A DNA stretch of 64,000 nt from a candidate division WOR-3 bacterium (GCA_965648905.1 CBFGIT010000001.1:8704-72703); one strand, 5' to 3'; counted from the first letter of the stretch, positions 16,966 through 27,506 are shown. Notes: generated from the letters alone by a model not told the origin. Numbers and translations are program-made.

Positions 16966-18420
16966 TTGACACTGCTCTGGCTGGCAGTTGACATCCTTGC
17001 CGTCTACTTCGGCTTGGACGTGGTCATCAACCTGATATTCCTTGCCGTATTTCTGGTCGTCTTCCGCCGCGGTCGGATCAGCCGGCAGCAGTCCGGCCAG
17101 ACGCCCGGCGTGGCGATTCTCGTGCCGGCGTACAACGAAAGTGCGACCGTGGCCGAGAGTGTCCGTTCGCTCCTGGCGCTCGACTACCCTGAGTTCGAGG
17201 TGATTGTCATCAACGACGGCTCGGTCGACGCGACGCTCGAGGCGGTCAAAGACGCGTTCCGGCTGCAGCCCGACAATCGGGAATATCTGGACCTGCTCGG
17301 CACCGTGCCGGTGCGGGGTATCTACCGGTCACGCGTCGACCCGCGGCTGCTAGTCGTGGATAAACCCAACTCGGGCAAGGCCGACTCGCTCAACGTCGGG
17401 CTTGCTCTTACCGACATGCCGCTGGTCGTCACAATCGACTCCGATTCGCTGCTCGCGCCATCGGCCCTCGGTCGGCTGGCCGGGCTGTTTCTTGAGCGCA
17501 ATGCCGCTGCTGCGGGCGGGCTCATTACCGCGGCCAACGAGGTCCGGGTCGAGCAGGGCCGGGTTGTTGCCAGTTGCCTGCCGCGCCGTGGGCTGGTGAT
17601 GTTCCAGCTCGTCGAGTATCTTGTTTCCTACACGGTCGGCCGCATCGCGTTTTCCTCGGTCAACGCCTTGATGGTTCTGTCCGGTGCGTTCACGATGTTT
17701 GACCGAAGGCTGCTGCTTGAGTGCGGCGGTTTTCTGACCCGGCACAACCGGCATCCCTATGTCGCGGGGGTCACCGGCGGCCGGTCGGTCGGCACGGTCT
17801 GCGAGGACATGGAGGTAATCGTACGCCTGCACCGGTACGTCCGCGAGCAGAAGCTCCGGCGCCCGATCGTCTTTGACCCATGGCCGGTGGCCTGGACCGA
17901 GGTTCCTTCGACCGTACGTCAGCTTGCTCGGCAGCGCAATCGCTGGCAGCGCGGCCTGCTTGAGTCACTCGCTCTCCATCGGCAGATGTGGTTTGAGCCT
18001 GGTTATGGCACAGCCGGACTGATCGGCATCCCCTACCAGCTCGTCTTCGTTGCCCTTTCTCCTGTCCTGCAGGTGCTCGGCACCGGACTTCTGGTCTGGC
18101 TGCTTGCCGTGCGGCAGGCCAGTGCTCTGTGGCTGGCCGGTGCGCTGGGCGCGACCGCGCTCGCAGGCGGAGCCATCACCGCCATGGTCACGACTGCGGT
18201 GGAGCGACGGTTTGCCCGCGACTCGGCGGTGAATGTCCAGGCGATGCGTTATCACACGTTCGGCGACTGGCTCCGGCTTGTCGGATTTGCCGTTATCAGC
18301 GGCCCGGTGTACGGGCCGCTCAGAACTGCTTTTCAGCTCTGGGGCACATGGGACTGGATTGTTGGCCAGAAGTCGTGGTACAAGTTCGAACGCACCGGTT
18401 TTAGCCAGGCCAAGCCATGA
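16966..18420 (+). CDS. processive family-2 glycosyltransferase (PgaC/cellulose-synthase-like exopolysaccharide synthase)
   Basis: GT2 motifs ILVPAYNE, VINDGS, D..D and Q(R)xRW (RQRNRWQRG), plus N- and C-terminal TM helices. The start codon (TTG 16966) is uncertain. Confidence 0.85.
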   Translation: MTLLWLAVDILAVYFGLDVVINLIFLAVFLVVFRRGRISRQQSGQTPGVAILVPAYNESATVAESVRSLLALDYPEFEVIVINDGSVDATLEAVKDAFRLQPDNREYLDLLGTVPVRGIYRSRVDPRLLVVDKPNSGKADSLNVGLALTDMPLVVTIDSDSLLAPSALGRLAGLFLERNAAAAGGLITAANEVRVEQGRVVASCLPRRGLVMFQLVEYLVSYTVGRIAFSSVNALMVLSGAFTMFDRRLLLECGGFLTRHNRHPYVAGVTGGRSVGTVCEDMEVIVRLHRYVREQKLRRPIVFDPWPVAWTEVPSTVRQLARQRNRWQRGLLESLALHRQMWFEPGYGTAGLIGIPYQLVFVALSPVLQVLGTGLLVWLLAVRQASALWLAGALGATALAGGAITAMVTTAVERRFARDSAVNVQAMRYHTFGDWLRLVGFAVISGPVYGPLRTAFQLWGTWDWIVGQKSWYKFERTGFSQAKP

Positions 18421-19919
18421 CCGCACTGCTGCTTGCTCTCATCGCCGCGCCCATCACCGTGGCCGAGGTCCACGAACTGGTGGAGGCGGGTCGCGCCGCC
18501 GAGGCCTTGCCCCGGGCCGAGTCGGCCGCACAGGCCGCGCCCGACGACCGACCAATTCAGAAGGCTTTCGCGCTCATCCTCCGTAACATCGGCGAGCTCG
18601 ACTCCGCGGTTCGAGTGTACGACCGGCTGCTGGCATCTGACTCGTCCGACGACGATACGCGCCTCGGCAAGGCGCTGGCCGTCTCATGGCAGGGCCGGCT
18701 GGCCGAGGCGCTCGCAATTTACGAAGAAATCCGGCCCGGCACCGAGCACTACTTTGATGCCGTAGTCGGCAAAGGCCGCGTCACCGGCTGGATGGGACGA
18801 TACCGCGAGGCCCTGCGCTGGTTCAAGGTGGCCGACTCGATTCTTCCCGGCAACCGCGAGGTACTCGAACGCCGGGCCCAAGTGACCGGTTGGTCCGGCG
18901 ACCACGGTCGCGCCATCCAGCTATACCAGCAATTGCACAGCCTCGACCCGGACAACGCCGACTACGTCCTCGCCTTGGGGCAGAACCATGAGTGGTCAGG
19001 CCTGGCCGTGACTGCGCAGAGTTATTACCGGCAGGCGGCGAGACTCGCGCCCGGCCGCAAGGATGTGCACGAGGCGCTCGGCCGGGTTGAGGAGGCGGCA
19101 GCCTGGCGGGCATCGCTCACCTGCGTTGACGCCGCGGACTTTGACGGCGACGTGCAGGGGCGATACCGTGAGTACCGGCTCCGGTTGGAGCCGCGGTTCG
19201 GCGACCGGTTCCGACCAAGCGGCAGCGCGTCGTGGTCAGGCAACCGGCGCGGAACGCTGGGCCGCAACTATCTTTTCTGCCGGGCCGGGCTCTCGTTTCA
19301 GCCACTCTCTTGGCTCGAACTCGCCGGGCAGGTGCAGGGCGACGCGTTCACGTTCGCCTTCAAAACCGCGACGGTGCGCTGGGAAGCCGAGCGCGGGCGG
19401 CTGACGTGGTCGGGCGACCTTGGGCGCGTGCTGTACGAACCGGCCCAGAACATCGGCGCACTCACCGGCTCTACCCAACTAGCACTCCGGCCAGGTGCGG
19501 GCTTCAGGCTCTCCGGCCGTGCCGTTCGGACCCACATCATCGACGACGGCAACGGGAAGAACGCGCTCTTCGCATGCGCCGGGTACGATGTTCTGTCCAG
19601 ACCGCGGGTGGGAGTACAGTACACCCTGAGCTACGATGACTTCCGCGTCCGGTCCCCGCGCTACTACTCCCCTCAGAACCTCGTCACTCACCAGGTCGGT
19701 GTTGTCTTCTCCGCACGCCGGGGCGGCACAGGCCTATCGGCGGATGCGGCCGGCGGCGTGAATACGGTCGGCGAATGGGTGGCCCGCGCCAACGCCGCCC
19801 TGGACCAGCGCATCCTGCCCAGGACCAGTCTGTCGCTTGAGATTGACTATGCCCAGACCATGGTACGCGGTCGGTACCTGTACGCAAGCGTCGCGGTCGG
19901 GCTCTCCCGTTCACTCTAA
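18417..19919 (+). CDS. TPR-repeat + predicted beta-barrel outer-membrane protein (PgaA-like exporter/scaffold)
   Basis: The N-terminal half has TPR-like helical repeats. The C-terminal half has alternating hydrophobic beta-strand patterning. ATGA overlap with the GT2 gene. Confidence 0.55.
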   Translation: MTALLLALIAAPITVAEVHELVEAGRAAEALPRAESAAQAAPDDRPIQKAFALILRNIGELDSAVRVYDRLLASDSSDDDTRLGKALAVSWQGRLAEALAIYEEIRPGTEHYFDAVVGKGRVTGWMGRYREALRWFKVADSILPGNREVLERRAQVTGWSGDHGRAIQLYQQLHSLDPDNADYVLALGQNHEWSGLAVTAQSYYRQAARLAPGRKDVHEALGRVEEAAAWRASLTCVDAADFDGDVQGRYREYRLRLEPRFGDRFRPSGSASWSGNRRGTLGRNYLFCRAGLSFQPLSWLELAGQVQGDAFTFAFKTATVRWEAERGRLTWSGDLGRVLYEPAQNIGALTGSTQLALRPGAGFRLSGRAVRTHIIDDGNGKNALFACAGYDVLSRPRVGVQYTLSYDDFRVRSPRYYSPQNLVTHQVGVVFSARRGGTGLSADAAGGVNTVGEWVARANAALDQRILPRTSLSLEIDYAQTMVRGRYLYASVAVGLSRSL

Positions 19920-19920
19920 G

Positions 19921-22900
19921 ATGCACGGCAAGTACCTGGTCATCGCACTGCTTCTGGCCGTGCTGGCCGTGCTGGTCGTCGGCCTGACCCGGCTCGAACA
20001 GCGCCGGTCTCGGCCCGTGGTCGTGATAGCAGCCCAGCCACCACCGCCCCCCTTCGAAATCACCGCGACCCGCGAGGAACTTGCGGCCCGGGCCGCTCAG
20101 GCAAAGGTCTTGTTCCGGTGCGCGGGCGACGAATTTGAGCACCTGACGACTGCGAGCAGCCTGCGCGGCGAGAAGCGTGAGGCCTGGCAGAAGTTCTTCG
20201 CGGCCGGCGTCAACCTTGGCGTTGCCCTGCCCGGCCACTATCCGACCGAGTTCGGCGCCACGTTTGAAGACTACTCCCGCTGGCTGTGCCAGATGGGCGA
20301 CGTGAGGCTGAACGTCCTCCGCACCTACACCATTCTGCCGCCTGAGTTCTACCAAGCGCTGGCACAATACAATTTCAACCATTCGGACCGGCCGGTATAC
20401 CTTATCCAGGGTGTCTGGGCTGAGCCCCCGGCGTCGGGTAATCTCTTCGAGCCGGGATACACCGATTCACTCAAACGGGAGATATGCAACGCTGTGGATG
20501 TCGTCTTCGGCCGTGCGGTTCTGCCCGAGCGGGCAGGCCATGCCCACGGCGCGTATTCGGCCGATGTGTCGGCGTTCACCCTCGGTTTTCTCTTCGGTCG
20601 CGAGTGGGAGAGTGAAGTGGTCCGGCATACTGATACCGTCAATGCGACGGTTCGCCGCTACGAAGGGCGCTTCATCGGCATGCCGGTCGGCAGTCCGACC
20701 GAGGTCTGGCTTGCCGGCATGATGGACTACCTGACAAGCTACGAGGTGCTCACCTGCTCGACCATGCATCCGGTTGCGTTCGTCACCTGGTTGCCGCTCG
20801 ACCCGCTCCACCATTCGACCGAGTACACGAGTCGCGGGCGCCCCGGTGACCACGACAACGACCTGGTCGTCCTCGACCCGATGCACATCCAGACCACACC
20901 GGCGATGCGGGCCGGGGTCTACGCCGCCTACCATGTCTACCCCTACTACCCGGACTACATCTTTCTCGAACCGGCCTATCGCAACTACCGCAACCGCCAC
21001 GGCGAGCCCGACAACTATGCCGGGTACCTGCATTACCTGAAGCAGCACCATGCCGGCATGCCGCTGGTCGTCGCCGAGTACGGCGTACCCTCGGCGCGCG
21101 GCAACTCACACCACAGCGGCCTAGGCATGGATCACGGCGGCCACAACGAGGAAGAACAGGGACAACTCAATCTGAGGATGCTTACCGCCATCTATGACGA
21201 AGGCCTGGCCGGCGGCATCGCGTTTTCCTGGCTCGACGAATGGTTCAAGCGCAACTGGCTGGTCGACGATTTCGCGGTTCCGGCCGACCGGGTCCGGCTC
21301 TGGCACAACGTCCAGAACCCGGAGCAGTGCTTCGGTATGGTGAAGTTCGGTCGTGAGCTCGTTGCCCTCGACGGCCGGACCGACGACTGGCACGGCCGAC
21401 CGTACGCCCGGAGTGACGCGACCCTGCTGCGCGCCCTGTGGCTTCAGGCCGACGAAGAATATCTCTATCTCCGGCTCGACCTGAAACGGTCCCCGGACTG
21501 GTCGCACCAGCGGGTCGGCATCGCCATCGACACCTACGACCCGCGCCTCGGCAACACCCGGCTCGGACCGGTCGGCCTCGAGTGCACCAACGGCACTGAG
21601 TTCCTCGTGCTGCTCGACGACACGAACCGGGCCCAGGTGCTGGTCGACAGCGCCTACTCCCTTTTCTCTGACCCGACCTCGCCGGTCGAGCCGCGCTACC
21701 GCACGCTGGCCGGCAACGACGGCAGCTTCATCACCCAGCAACTGATGAACAACCATCCCCGGTTCACCGCCACCGGTGAGACAGTCCCGGCACAGGTGAC
21801 CGAGTATGGCCGGCTGGTCTTTGGCCGCTCGGCCGACAACTCCCTTGCTGACTGGTACGAGCGGTATGGAATCATCGAACTGCGCCTGCCCTGGGGAGTG
21901 CTGTCCGTTTCCGACCCCTCGTCGTTTCAGGTCATCCAGAATGATACCCTGACCCCGGGCATTGAGAGTGCGACCACCAATGGTTTCGCCTTCTCGGCGT
22001 TCATCATGCACGATACGACCACCGGCGCTACTGGGCTCGTTTCATCTCTGCCGGCCGCGACCGGAGCCCGACTCGGCTTTACCCGTCGCTGGCGCTGGTC
22101 CGGCTGGGAGATGCCGCGGTGTGTCGAAAGATTGAAGCAGGGCTATCATGTGTTTGCCGCCGGGCTGGCAGGGATTACGGCCGACTCTGCTCTGCGGCGG
22201 ACAAGCCTCGACCGCCTTGCCGGCATCAGCACCAAAGGCATCGTGGCGCGCATCGCCCGGTTTCGCGACGATGCGCCGCTCGCGGTTTCCCTTACTTTTG
22301 ACGACGGCTCCTATGACCTCTTCACCAACGCGCTTCCGTTCCTTTCGGTCTACGGATTCAAGGCGAACTTCGGGCTCGTGTCCGACTGGACCGGGCCTGA
22401 CGCCGACTGGCACACGGAAAAGAATGGCACCTCGTTCAAGCGCTTGGGAATACCTGAGGTCAAAGCGCTCCTGGCTGATGGCCACCGCGTGTCGGCCCAC
22501 GGCGTGTCGCACGAGCCCGACGAGATGAGCGGCAACGCGGCCGAAGTACTCGATGTCGTGCGCTCATCCAAGGCCGCGCTGGAGCAGGCACTCGGCACGC
22601 CGGTGAGAAGCTTTCACTACCCCTACAGCGTGGTTCGGCCCGAGAACCTGGCCGCAGTGCGCCGCAGCGGGTTCTGGTTCGGCCGCACCGCCGGCGACCG
22701 GCATAACATTCCGGCCAGCTTCGACCGATTCCTGCTCACGAGCTTTGCGTTCTACAACGACACCCTGCCCGACCTGGCCGGGCTCGTCCGTATCCTCGAA
22801 CAGGGCCGCGGTCAATGGACGGTCATGCTCCACCATCATGTCCTCGACTCGACTGCGCCCGAGCTTGCGACCATGGCCCGGCACGGCGTGATTCATACTT

Positions 22901-23232
22901 ACTCGGTCACGCCGCTGACCTTCGGCCGGCAGATGCGACTTGTCCGCAACAGCGGCGCCTGGGTTGGTCCGCTTGAGGAAGTGGGCCGCTACCTGCTCCA
23001 GTACCGAAAGGCACGGCTCGACCTGCGCCAGTCACCGCAGTCGGCCACGCTGCGCATCGACGCTGCGGCCCGAGACCTGCCGCCGGTACCAATGACGGTC
23101 GTACTCGAGATTCCGTGGCACTGGGTCCGGGTCACGGGTTCGTTGGCTGACGGCACCTATTCGCCCTATGCGGGCCGGTTGTCGCTCGATGTCCTGCCCG
23201 GCAAGGATGTGAATCTGAGCCGCGCCGACTAG
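19921..23232 (+). CDS. membrane-anchored bifunctional glycoside hydrolase-like / NodB-type polysaccharide deacetylase (CE4) protein (PgaB/PelA-like)
   Basis: N-terminal TM anchor (MHGKYLVIALLLAVLAVLVV), a central glycosidase-like region and a C-terminal CE4 motif region (SLTFDDG.., HGVSHEP). The internal ATG chosen lies 1 nt after the upstream stop. Confidence 0.7.
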   Translation: MHGKYLVIALLLAVLAVLVVGLTRLEQRRSRPVVVIAAQPPPPPFEITATREELAARAAQAKVLFRCAGDEFEHLTTASSLRGEKREAWQKFFAAGVNLGVALPGHYPTEFGATFEDYSRWLCQMGDVRLNVLRTYTILPPEFYQALAQYNFNHSDRPVYLIQGVWAEPPASGNLFEPGYTDSLKREICNAVDVVFGRAVLPERAGHAHGAYSADVSAFTLGFLFGREWESEVVRHTDTVNATVRRYEGRFIGMPVGSPTEVWLAGMMDYLTSYEVLTCSTMHPVAFVTWLPLDPLHHSTEYTSRGRPGDHDNDLVVLDPMHIQTTPAMRAGVYAAYHVYPYYPDYIFLEPAYRNYRNRHGEPDNYAGYLHYLKQHHAGMPLVVAEYGVPSARGNSHHSGLGMDHGGHNEEEQGQLNLRMLTAIYDEGLAGGIAFSWLDEWFKRNWLVDDFAVPADRVRLWHNVQNPEQCFGMVKFGRELVALDGRTDDWHGRPYARSDATLLRALWLQADEEYLYLRLDLKRSPDWSHQRVGIAIDTYDPRLGNTRLGPVGLECTNGTEFLVLLDDTNRAQVLVDSAYSLFSDPTSPVEPRYRTLAGNDGSFITQQLMNNHPRFTATGETVPAQVTEYGRLVFGRSADNSLADWYERYGIIELRLPWGVLSVSDPSSFQVIQNDTLTPGIESATTNGFAFSAFIMHDTTTGATGLVSSLPAATGARLGFTRRWRWSGWEMPRCVERLKQGYHVFAAGLAGITADSALRRTSLDRLAGISTKGIVARIARFRDDAPLAVSLTFDDGSYDLFTNALPFLSVYGFKANFGLVSDWTGPDADWHTEKNGTSFKRLGIPEVKALLADGHRVSAHGVSHEPDEMSGNAAEVLDVVRSSKAALEQALGTPVRSFHYPYSVVRPENLAAVRRSGFWFGRTAGDRHNIPASFDRFLLTSFAFYNDTLPDLAGLVRILEQGRGQWTVMLHHHVLDSTAPELATMARHGVIHTYSVTPLTFGRQMRLVRNSGAWVGPLEEVGRYLLQYRKARLDLRQSPQSATLRIDAAARDLPPVPMTVVLEIPWHWVRVTGSLADGTYSPYAGRLSLDVLPGKDVNLSRAD

Positions 23233-23795
23233 CCGGTTCTCTGCCAGACTCGGGAACATGGCTGACGGGCCAGACGGGCGCAACCTGGGTCTGGGCAGGA
23301 CCAACTCTCGTCCTCAGTTCATTAGGCCTCGGTTCTACCCAATTTATAACGAGTCTTATACAGGCCATCAGCCCGAATGCCTCGTCTAACTGACGAGTTG
23401 ATAAGAAGATACGATGAACGGCGCATCCCGTCCTCCTGCCTTCCCGGTACTATCTGACACAGCATCGGTCATGTCATCGTCCAACCCATGCTGCACGCGA
23501 ATTCCAGTGCGACCCCAACGGGCGAGGCGCAACGCATGCTGTCCAGTATCATGCTGACCATGCCACCTGCGGTTCCAAAGAGCACAGCGCCCCGCACCCG
23601 GCATTGCGCCGGCACCTGCACCCGAAACGCTACGGCCGCCTCCGCTCGTAGCCGCATCAGCAGCAGCACGGCTGACGACGCGCTGAAATCCAAAGGCCGA
23701 CTCGTGCCGAGCCCAGATTGTGTGTCGCCGGCTTCGTCATTGTGCAGACGTGAATTGCGGCATAGCCTTTTCTGCACCTGCAGTCTGGCGGTACC

Positions 23796-25178
23796 GTGGC
23801 CGGTGCGGCAGCAACGGCCGCAGTCTATCTCTTGACCTTTTGTTGGCCGCGGCTACGATGGCCGGTGGTCAAGCACTTCGCCCCGGTGCTCAAGATCCGC
23901 AACTTCGCACTGCTCGTTTCAAGCGCCAGCGTTTCCCAGTTCGGAGACCGGTTGACCCACATGTTGCTGATTACGGTCATCGGCGCCACCCGGCCGGGCA
24001 GCCTGCTGGCGTTTTCTGCCGGGTCGCTTGTCTTCATCGTTCCGACCATGGTTCTTGCACCGCTGGCCGGGGTGCTGGCCGACCGCTGGGACAAACGCCG
24101 GGTCGTGTTTCTGGCTCACTTCGCCCAGTCTGCTCTGCTTGTGGTTGCCGCCCTGCTGATTGCCTGGTCGGGAAGCTTCGCACCTTTCTGGGTCGCCCTG
24201 TTTCTGTTCTTCGGACTGGACGTGTTCAACAACACCGCTCTGCCTGCGCTTGTACCCGGGATTGTTGCCCGGCGCAAGCTGCTCTTGGCCAACTCGGTGA
24301 ATCTGACGTTTGGCCGGGTCGCAACTATTCTCGGCATGGTTGCGGGCGGGTTTCTGCTCCGCTGGACCGGCTGGAAGTACGGGATGTTCATCAATGCGTC
24401 TACCCATCTCTGCGCCGGGCTGCTGGCATTCTCCATGTCCGGCGGTACGCGAAAGCGGGGACAGTCCCAAGGAGCGCGAGAACGCGCGGGACCGGCCCGC
24501 CTGCGCGCGACGCGCGGGCAGGCCCCGCTTTCGACCGGCTTGGCCGGACTGGTGCGCGATTCGGTCCGACGACTGGTCTTTGACCTGGCCGAGCTGGTTC
24601 GGGTCGTGGCCGTGAATCGGGTGGTCGCGTTCGTCATGGCTTCGGTCGTTGTCGCCACGTTTGTCTCTTCGGTTTCGTACACCGTGCTCGTGTTCGTGGT
24701 CCAGCAGGTACTCGGACTGGGCACTGCGGGCGTGGGCCTGGCCGCCGGGGTCATGGCGGTCGGGATGGTGGCTGGTGCCGCGGGCATGGGTCTGCTCCGG
24801 GCAAGGGTGAACCGGCCGATGGTTGTGGTTGTAGTCATTGCCGGGTATGGGCTGTTGTTCCTTGCCGGCCCGCTGCTGCTCTCGATTCCTTTTGTCGTGG
24901 TTGTCGCCCTGGCTGCCGGAGTGATGTTCTCTTTGCTGGGCATTGTGCAGAACACGATGCTGCACGAGACGGTCGAGCCCGAGGTTCAGGGCCGGGTCTT
25001 CTCAACCCGGGAGTTCGTGGTCAATCTGACGTTTCTTCTGAGCACGCTTCTGGTCGGCGCACTCGGCGACCTGACTTCCTATCGGGTGGTCTTTGTTGTT
25101 ATCGGGCTGGTCTTGACCGGGCTTGGTGTGCTCGGCTGGTTTGCAGCCCGGAAACTGGGACGGGCCGGGTACGGATGA
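23796..25178 (+). CDS. MFS transporter (EntS/macrolide-efflux-like, 12 TM)
   Basis: Polytopic, with MFS motif-A-like VLADRWDKRRV. The start is ambiguous (GTG 23796, TTG 23829 or GTG 23865). Confidence 0.75.
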   Translation: MAGAAATAAVYLLTFCWPRLRWPVVKHFAPVLKIRNFALLVSSASVSQFGDRLTHMLLITVIGATRPGSLLAFSAGSLVFIVPTMVLAPLAGVLADRWDKRRVVFLAHFAQSALLVVAALLIAWSGSFAPFWVALFLFFGLDVFNNTALPALVPGIVARRKLLLANSVNLTFGRVATILGMVAGGFLLRWTGWKYGMFINASTHLCAGLLAFSMSGGTRKRGQSQGARERAGPARLRATRGQAPLSTGLAGLVRDSVRRLVFDLAELVRVVAVNRVVAFVMASVVVATFVSSVSYTVLVFVVQQVLGLGTAGVGLAAGVMAVGMVAGAAGMGLLRARVNRPMVVVVVIAGYGLLFLAGPLLLSIPFVVVVALAAGVMFSLLGIVQNTMLHETVEPEVQGRVFSTREFVVNLTFLLSTLLVGALGDLTSYRVVFVVIGLVLTGLGVLGWFAARKLGRAGYG

Positions 25179-26007
25179 TGGTGTTGTCAATCAGACGGGT
25201 GCTGCCGAAGCGGACTGCCAGGGCGATGAGGACCCTGCCTTTGATTCGGGCTACGGGCCTCAGTTCGTCAGTGTCCACCAGCTCGATATAGTCAATCCGG
25301 CCGCTGGACCGGCGCTCGATAAGCCGCCGCATTGCCGCCTTGATTGTCCCGGGTCGCTCGACCCCGCGCCGAACCATCTTGCGGGCAAGGACAAGGGAGT
25401 GATACAGGACCGGTGCTTCGGCCCGCTGAACCGGAGTGAGATAGGTGTTACGCGAGCTCATGGCCAGACCGTCCGGCTCGCGCACGGTCGGCACGATAAC
25501 GAGCTTCAGGTTGTAACCCAGGTCGCGAACCATACGCCGAATGACAAATGCCTGCTGCGCGTCTTTCTGGCCGAACACGGCAACATCGGGTTGCACGATG
25601 TTGAGCAGCTTGGCAACGATGGTTGTCACCCCGCGGAAGTGGCCGGGCCGGGACCGTCCGCAAAGGCCTTGGGTGAGTCGTTCGACTTCGACAAAGGTAG
25701 CATATCCGGCCGGATAGACGTCGCGGACAGTCGGACAGAAAAGGATGTCGGCGCCGGCCTGCTTAAGGAGCGTGCGGTCACGGGCAACGTCGCGGGGATA
25801 GCGCTCGTAGTCCTCGTTCGGGCCGAACTGAGTTGGGTTGACGAACAGCGAGACGACGACAAGGTCGGCGTGGCGACGGCATACCCGGACCAGTTCGAGA
25901 TGGCCTTGGTGCAGGTAGCCCATGGTCGGGACCAGGCCGATGCGGCCGCGGCAGCGTAATGCGCGGGAGCGGCGCTGCATCCCGGCAACCGTTCGAACAA
26001 CAATCAA
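25099..26007 (-). CDS. panC: pantoate--beta-alanine ligase
   Basis: LVPTMGYLHQGH (HIGH-like) motif with strong PanC similarity throughout. The N-terminus aligns best with a TTG start at 26007; the alternative ATG is at 25980. Confidence 0.85.
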   Translation of the reverse strand: MIVVRTVAGMQRRSRALRCRGRIGLVPTMGYLHQGHLELVRVCRRHADLVVVSLFVNPTQFGPNEDYERYPRDVARDRTLLKQAGADILFCPTVRDVYPAGYATFVEVERLTQGLCGRSRPGHFRGVTTIVAKLLNIVQPDVAVFGQKDAQQAFVIRRMVRDLGYNLKLVIVPTVREPDGLAMSSRNTYLTPVQRAEAPVLYHSLVLARKMVRRGVERPGTIKAAMRRLIERRSSGRIDYIELVDTDELRPVARIKGRVLIALAVRFGSTRLIDNTIIRTRPVPVSGLQTSRAHQARSRPAR

Positions 26008-26011
26008 GGCT

Positions 26012-26851
26012 TCAGGGCTGTCTGGAGGGCGGGGTGTGGAAAGTATGTTCTTCGTCGGGAAAACGTCCACAGCGGACGTCGTCGCAGTAGCGTGCGACCG
26101 CAGACTCGATTTCCGGCCCGAGCCGGGCGTACTGGCGCACAAACTTGAGCGGCGGGGAGTCAGACAGGCCGAGCATGTCCTGGAGTACGAGTATCTGGCC
26201 ATCGCACTCAGGTCCGGCGCCGATGCCGATTACCGGAATCGCCAGCTCCTTGGTCACCCGGGCCGCGGCCTCGGCCGGCACCTTTTCGACTACGATTGAG
26301 AAGCAGCCGGCGGCCTGCAGCTCTTTAGCGTCGGCAACAAGCCGGTCCTGCTCCTCGAGGCGGCGGGCCTGGAGCCGGTAGCCGCCCAGTTGATGGACCG
26401 ACTGCGGCGTCAGGCCCAGATGTCCCATGACCGGGATGCCGAGCGTGACCAGGCGCTGGACCGCAGGGAGAACCGGGCCCGCGCCTTCGAGCTTAACCGC
26501 CTGCGCACCGACCTTGAGCAGCCGGCCGGCATTGTCGACCGCAGACTCAAGAGACACCTGATAGGAAAGAAAAGGCATGTCGGCCACAACCAGGGCCCGA
26601 GCCACGGCCGAAGCCACGGCCCGCGTGTGGAAAAGCATCTCTTCCATGCCGATGGGTAGAGTCGTTTCCATGCCGTGCCAGACATTGGCCGCCGAGTCAC
26701 CGACAAGAATGAGGTCAACCCCGGCCTGGTCGAGAATCCTCGCGGTCGGATAGTCGTAGGCGGTGAGACAGGCGAGTTTCTCGCCCCGTCGCTTCTTACG
26801 GACCAGCTCGACCGTGGTCAGTCGTTCTGGTTTCTGCTCGTGAGTTGACAT
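26012..26851 (-). CDS. panB: 3-methyl-2-oxobutanoate hydroxymethyltransferase
   Basis: PanB motifs (LTAYDY, LVGDS, VKLEGG-like) identified. Internal ATG at 26851 chosen over the ORF-track start. Confidence 0.9.
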   Translation of the reverse strand: MSTHEQKPERLTTVELVRKKRRGEKLACLTAYDYPTARILDQAGVDLILVGDSAANVWHGMETTLPIGMEEMLFHTRAVASAVARALVVADMPFLSYQVSLESAVDNAGRLLKVGAQAVKLEGAGPVLPAVQRLVTLGIPVMGHLGLTPQSVHQLGGYRLQARRLEEQDRLVADAKELQAAGCFSIVVEKVPAEAAARVTKELAIPVIGIGAGPECDGQILVLQDMLGLSDSPPLKFVRQYARLGPEIESAVARYCDDVRCGRFPDEEHTFHTPPSRQP

Positions 26852-26873
26852 CGTGCCGTGCCCTGGTGCAGTC

Positions 26874-27506
26874 TCATCCCCGGCTGCGCGGTGAGTAGAA
26901 CCGGCGTCCGGTCTTGGTCGTCTCGATCGCCCGGAACAGCTCTTCGAAGTCGTCACGGTTGGTGACAATGTCAAGCCGCTCGGTATTGACGATGAGCAGC
27001 GGGGTTGAGTCGTAACGCAGAAAGAAATGGTTGTAGGCATCGGCCAGCCCGGCCAGGTAGTCATAGTCGATTGCGACCTCAAACCGTTGCCCACGCTCGC
27101 GGATTCGAGCCATGAGCACGTCAACGTGCGCCTGGAGGTAGATGACCAGGTCCGGCCGCGTCACCTCGGCAATCAGTGCCTGGTAGAGCCGTTCGTACAG
27201 AGCGAGCTCATGGTCGGTAAGGTTGTAGGCCGCGTAGATGCGGTCTTTCTCGAAGAAGTAGTCGGTGACAACGTTCTGGTCGAACAGCTCGGGCTGTCTG
27301 AGCTCCTGCTGCTGCTTGTGGCGCGCAAGCAGGAAGAACACCTGGGCCTGAAACGCATAGCCGCGCATGTCGGCATAGAACCGCTCAAGGAACGGGTTCT
27401 CTTCAGTTGCTTCCAGAATCAGGCGGGCATCAAGACGCTTGGCCAGCAGTTGAGCCAGGGCGGTCTTGCCTGCGCCGATCGGCCCCTCAACCGCGATGTA
27501 CTTCAT
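26874..27506 (-). CDS. deoxynucleoside kinase (dAK/dGK/dCK family)
   Basis: P-loop AVEGPIGAGKT and the family motifs ERS/DR-like, 210 aa. Confidence 0.85.
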   Translation of the reverse strand: MKYIAVEGPIGAGKTALAQLLAKRLDARLILEATEENPFLERFYADMRGYAFQAQVFFLLARHKQQQELRQPELFDQNVVTDYFFEKDRIYAAYNLTDHELALYERLYQALIAEVTRPDLVIYLQAHVDVLMARIRERGQRFEVAIDYDYLAGLADAYNHFFLRYDSTPLLIVNTERLDIVTNRDDFEELFRAIETTKTGRRFYSPRSRG

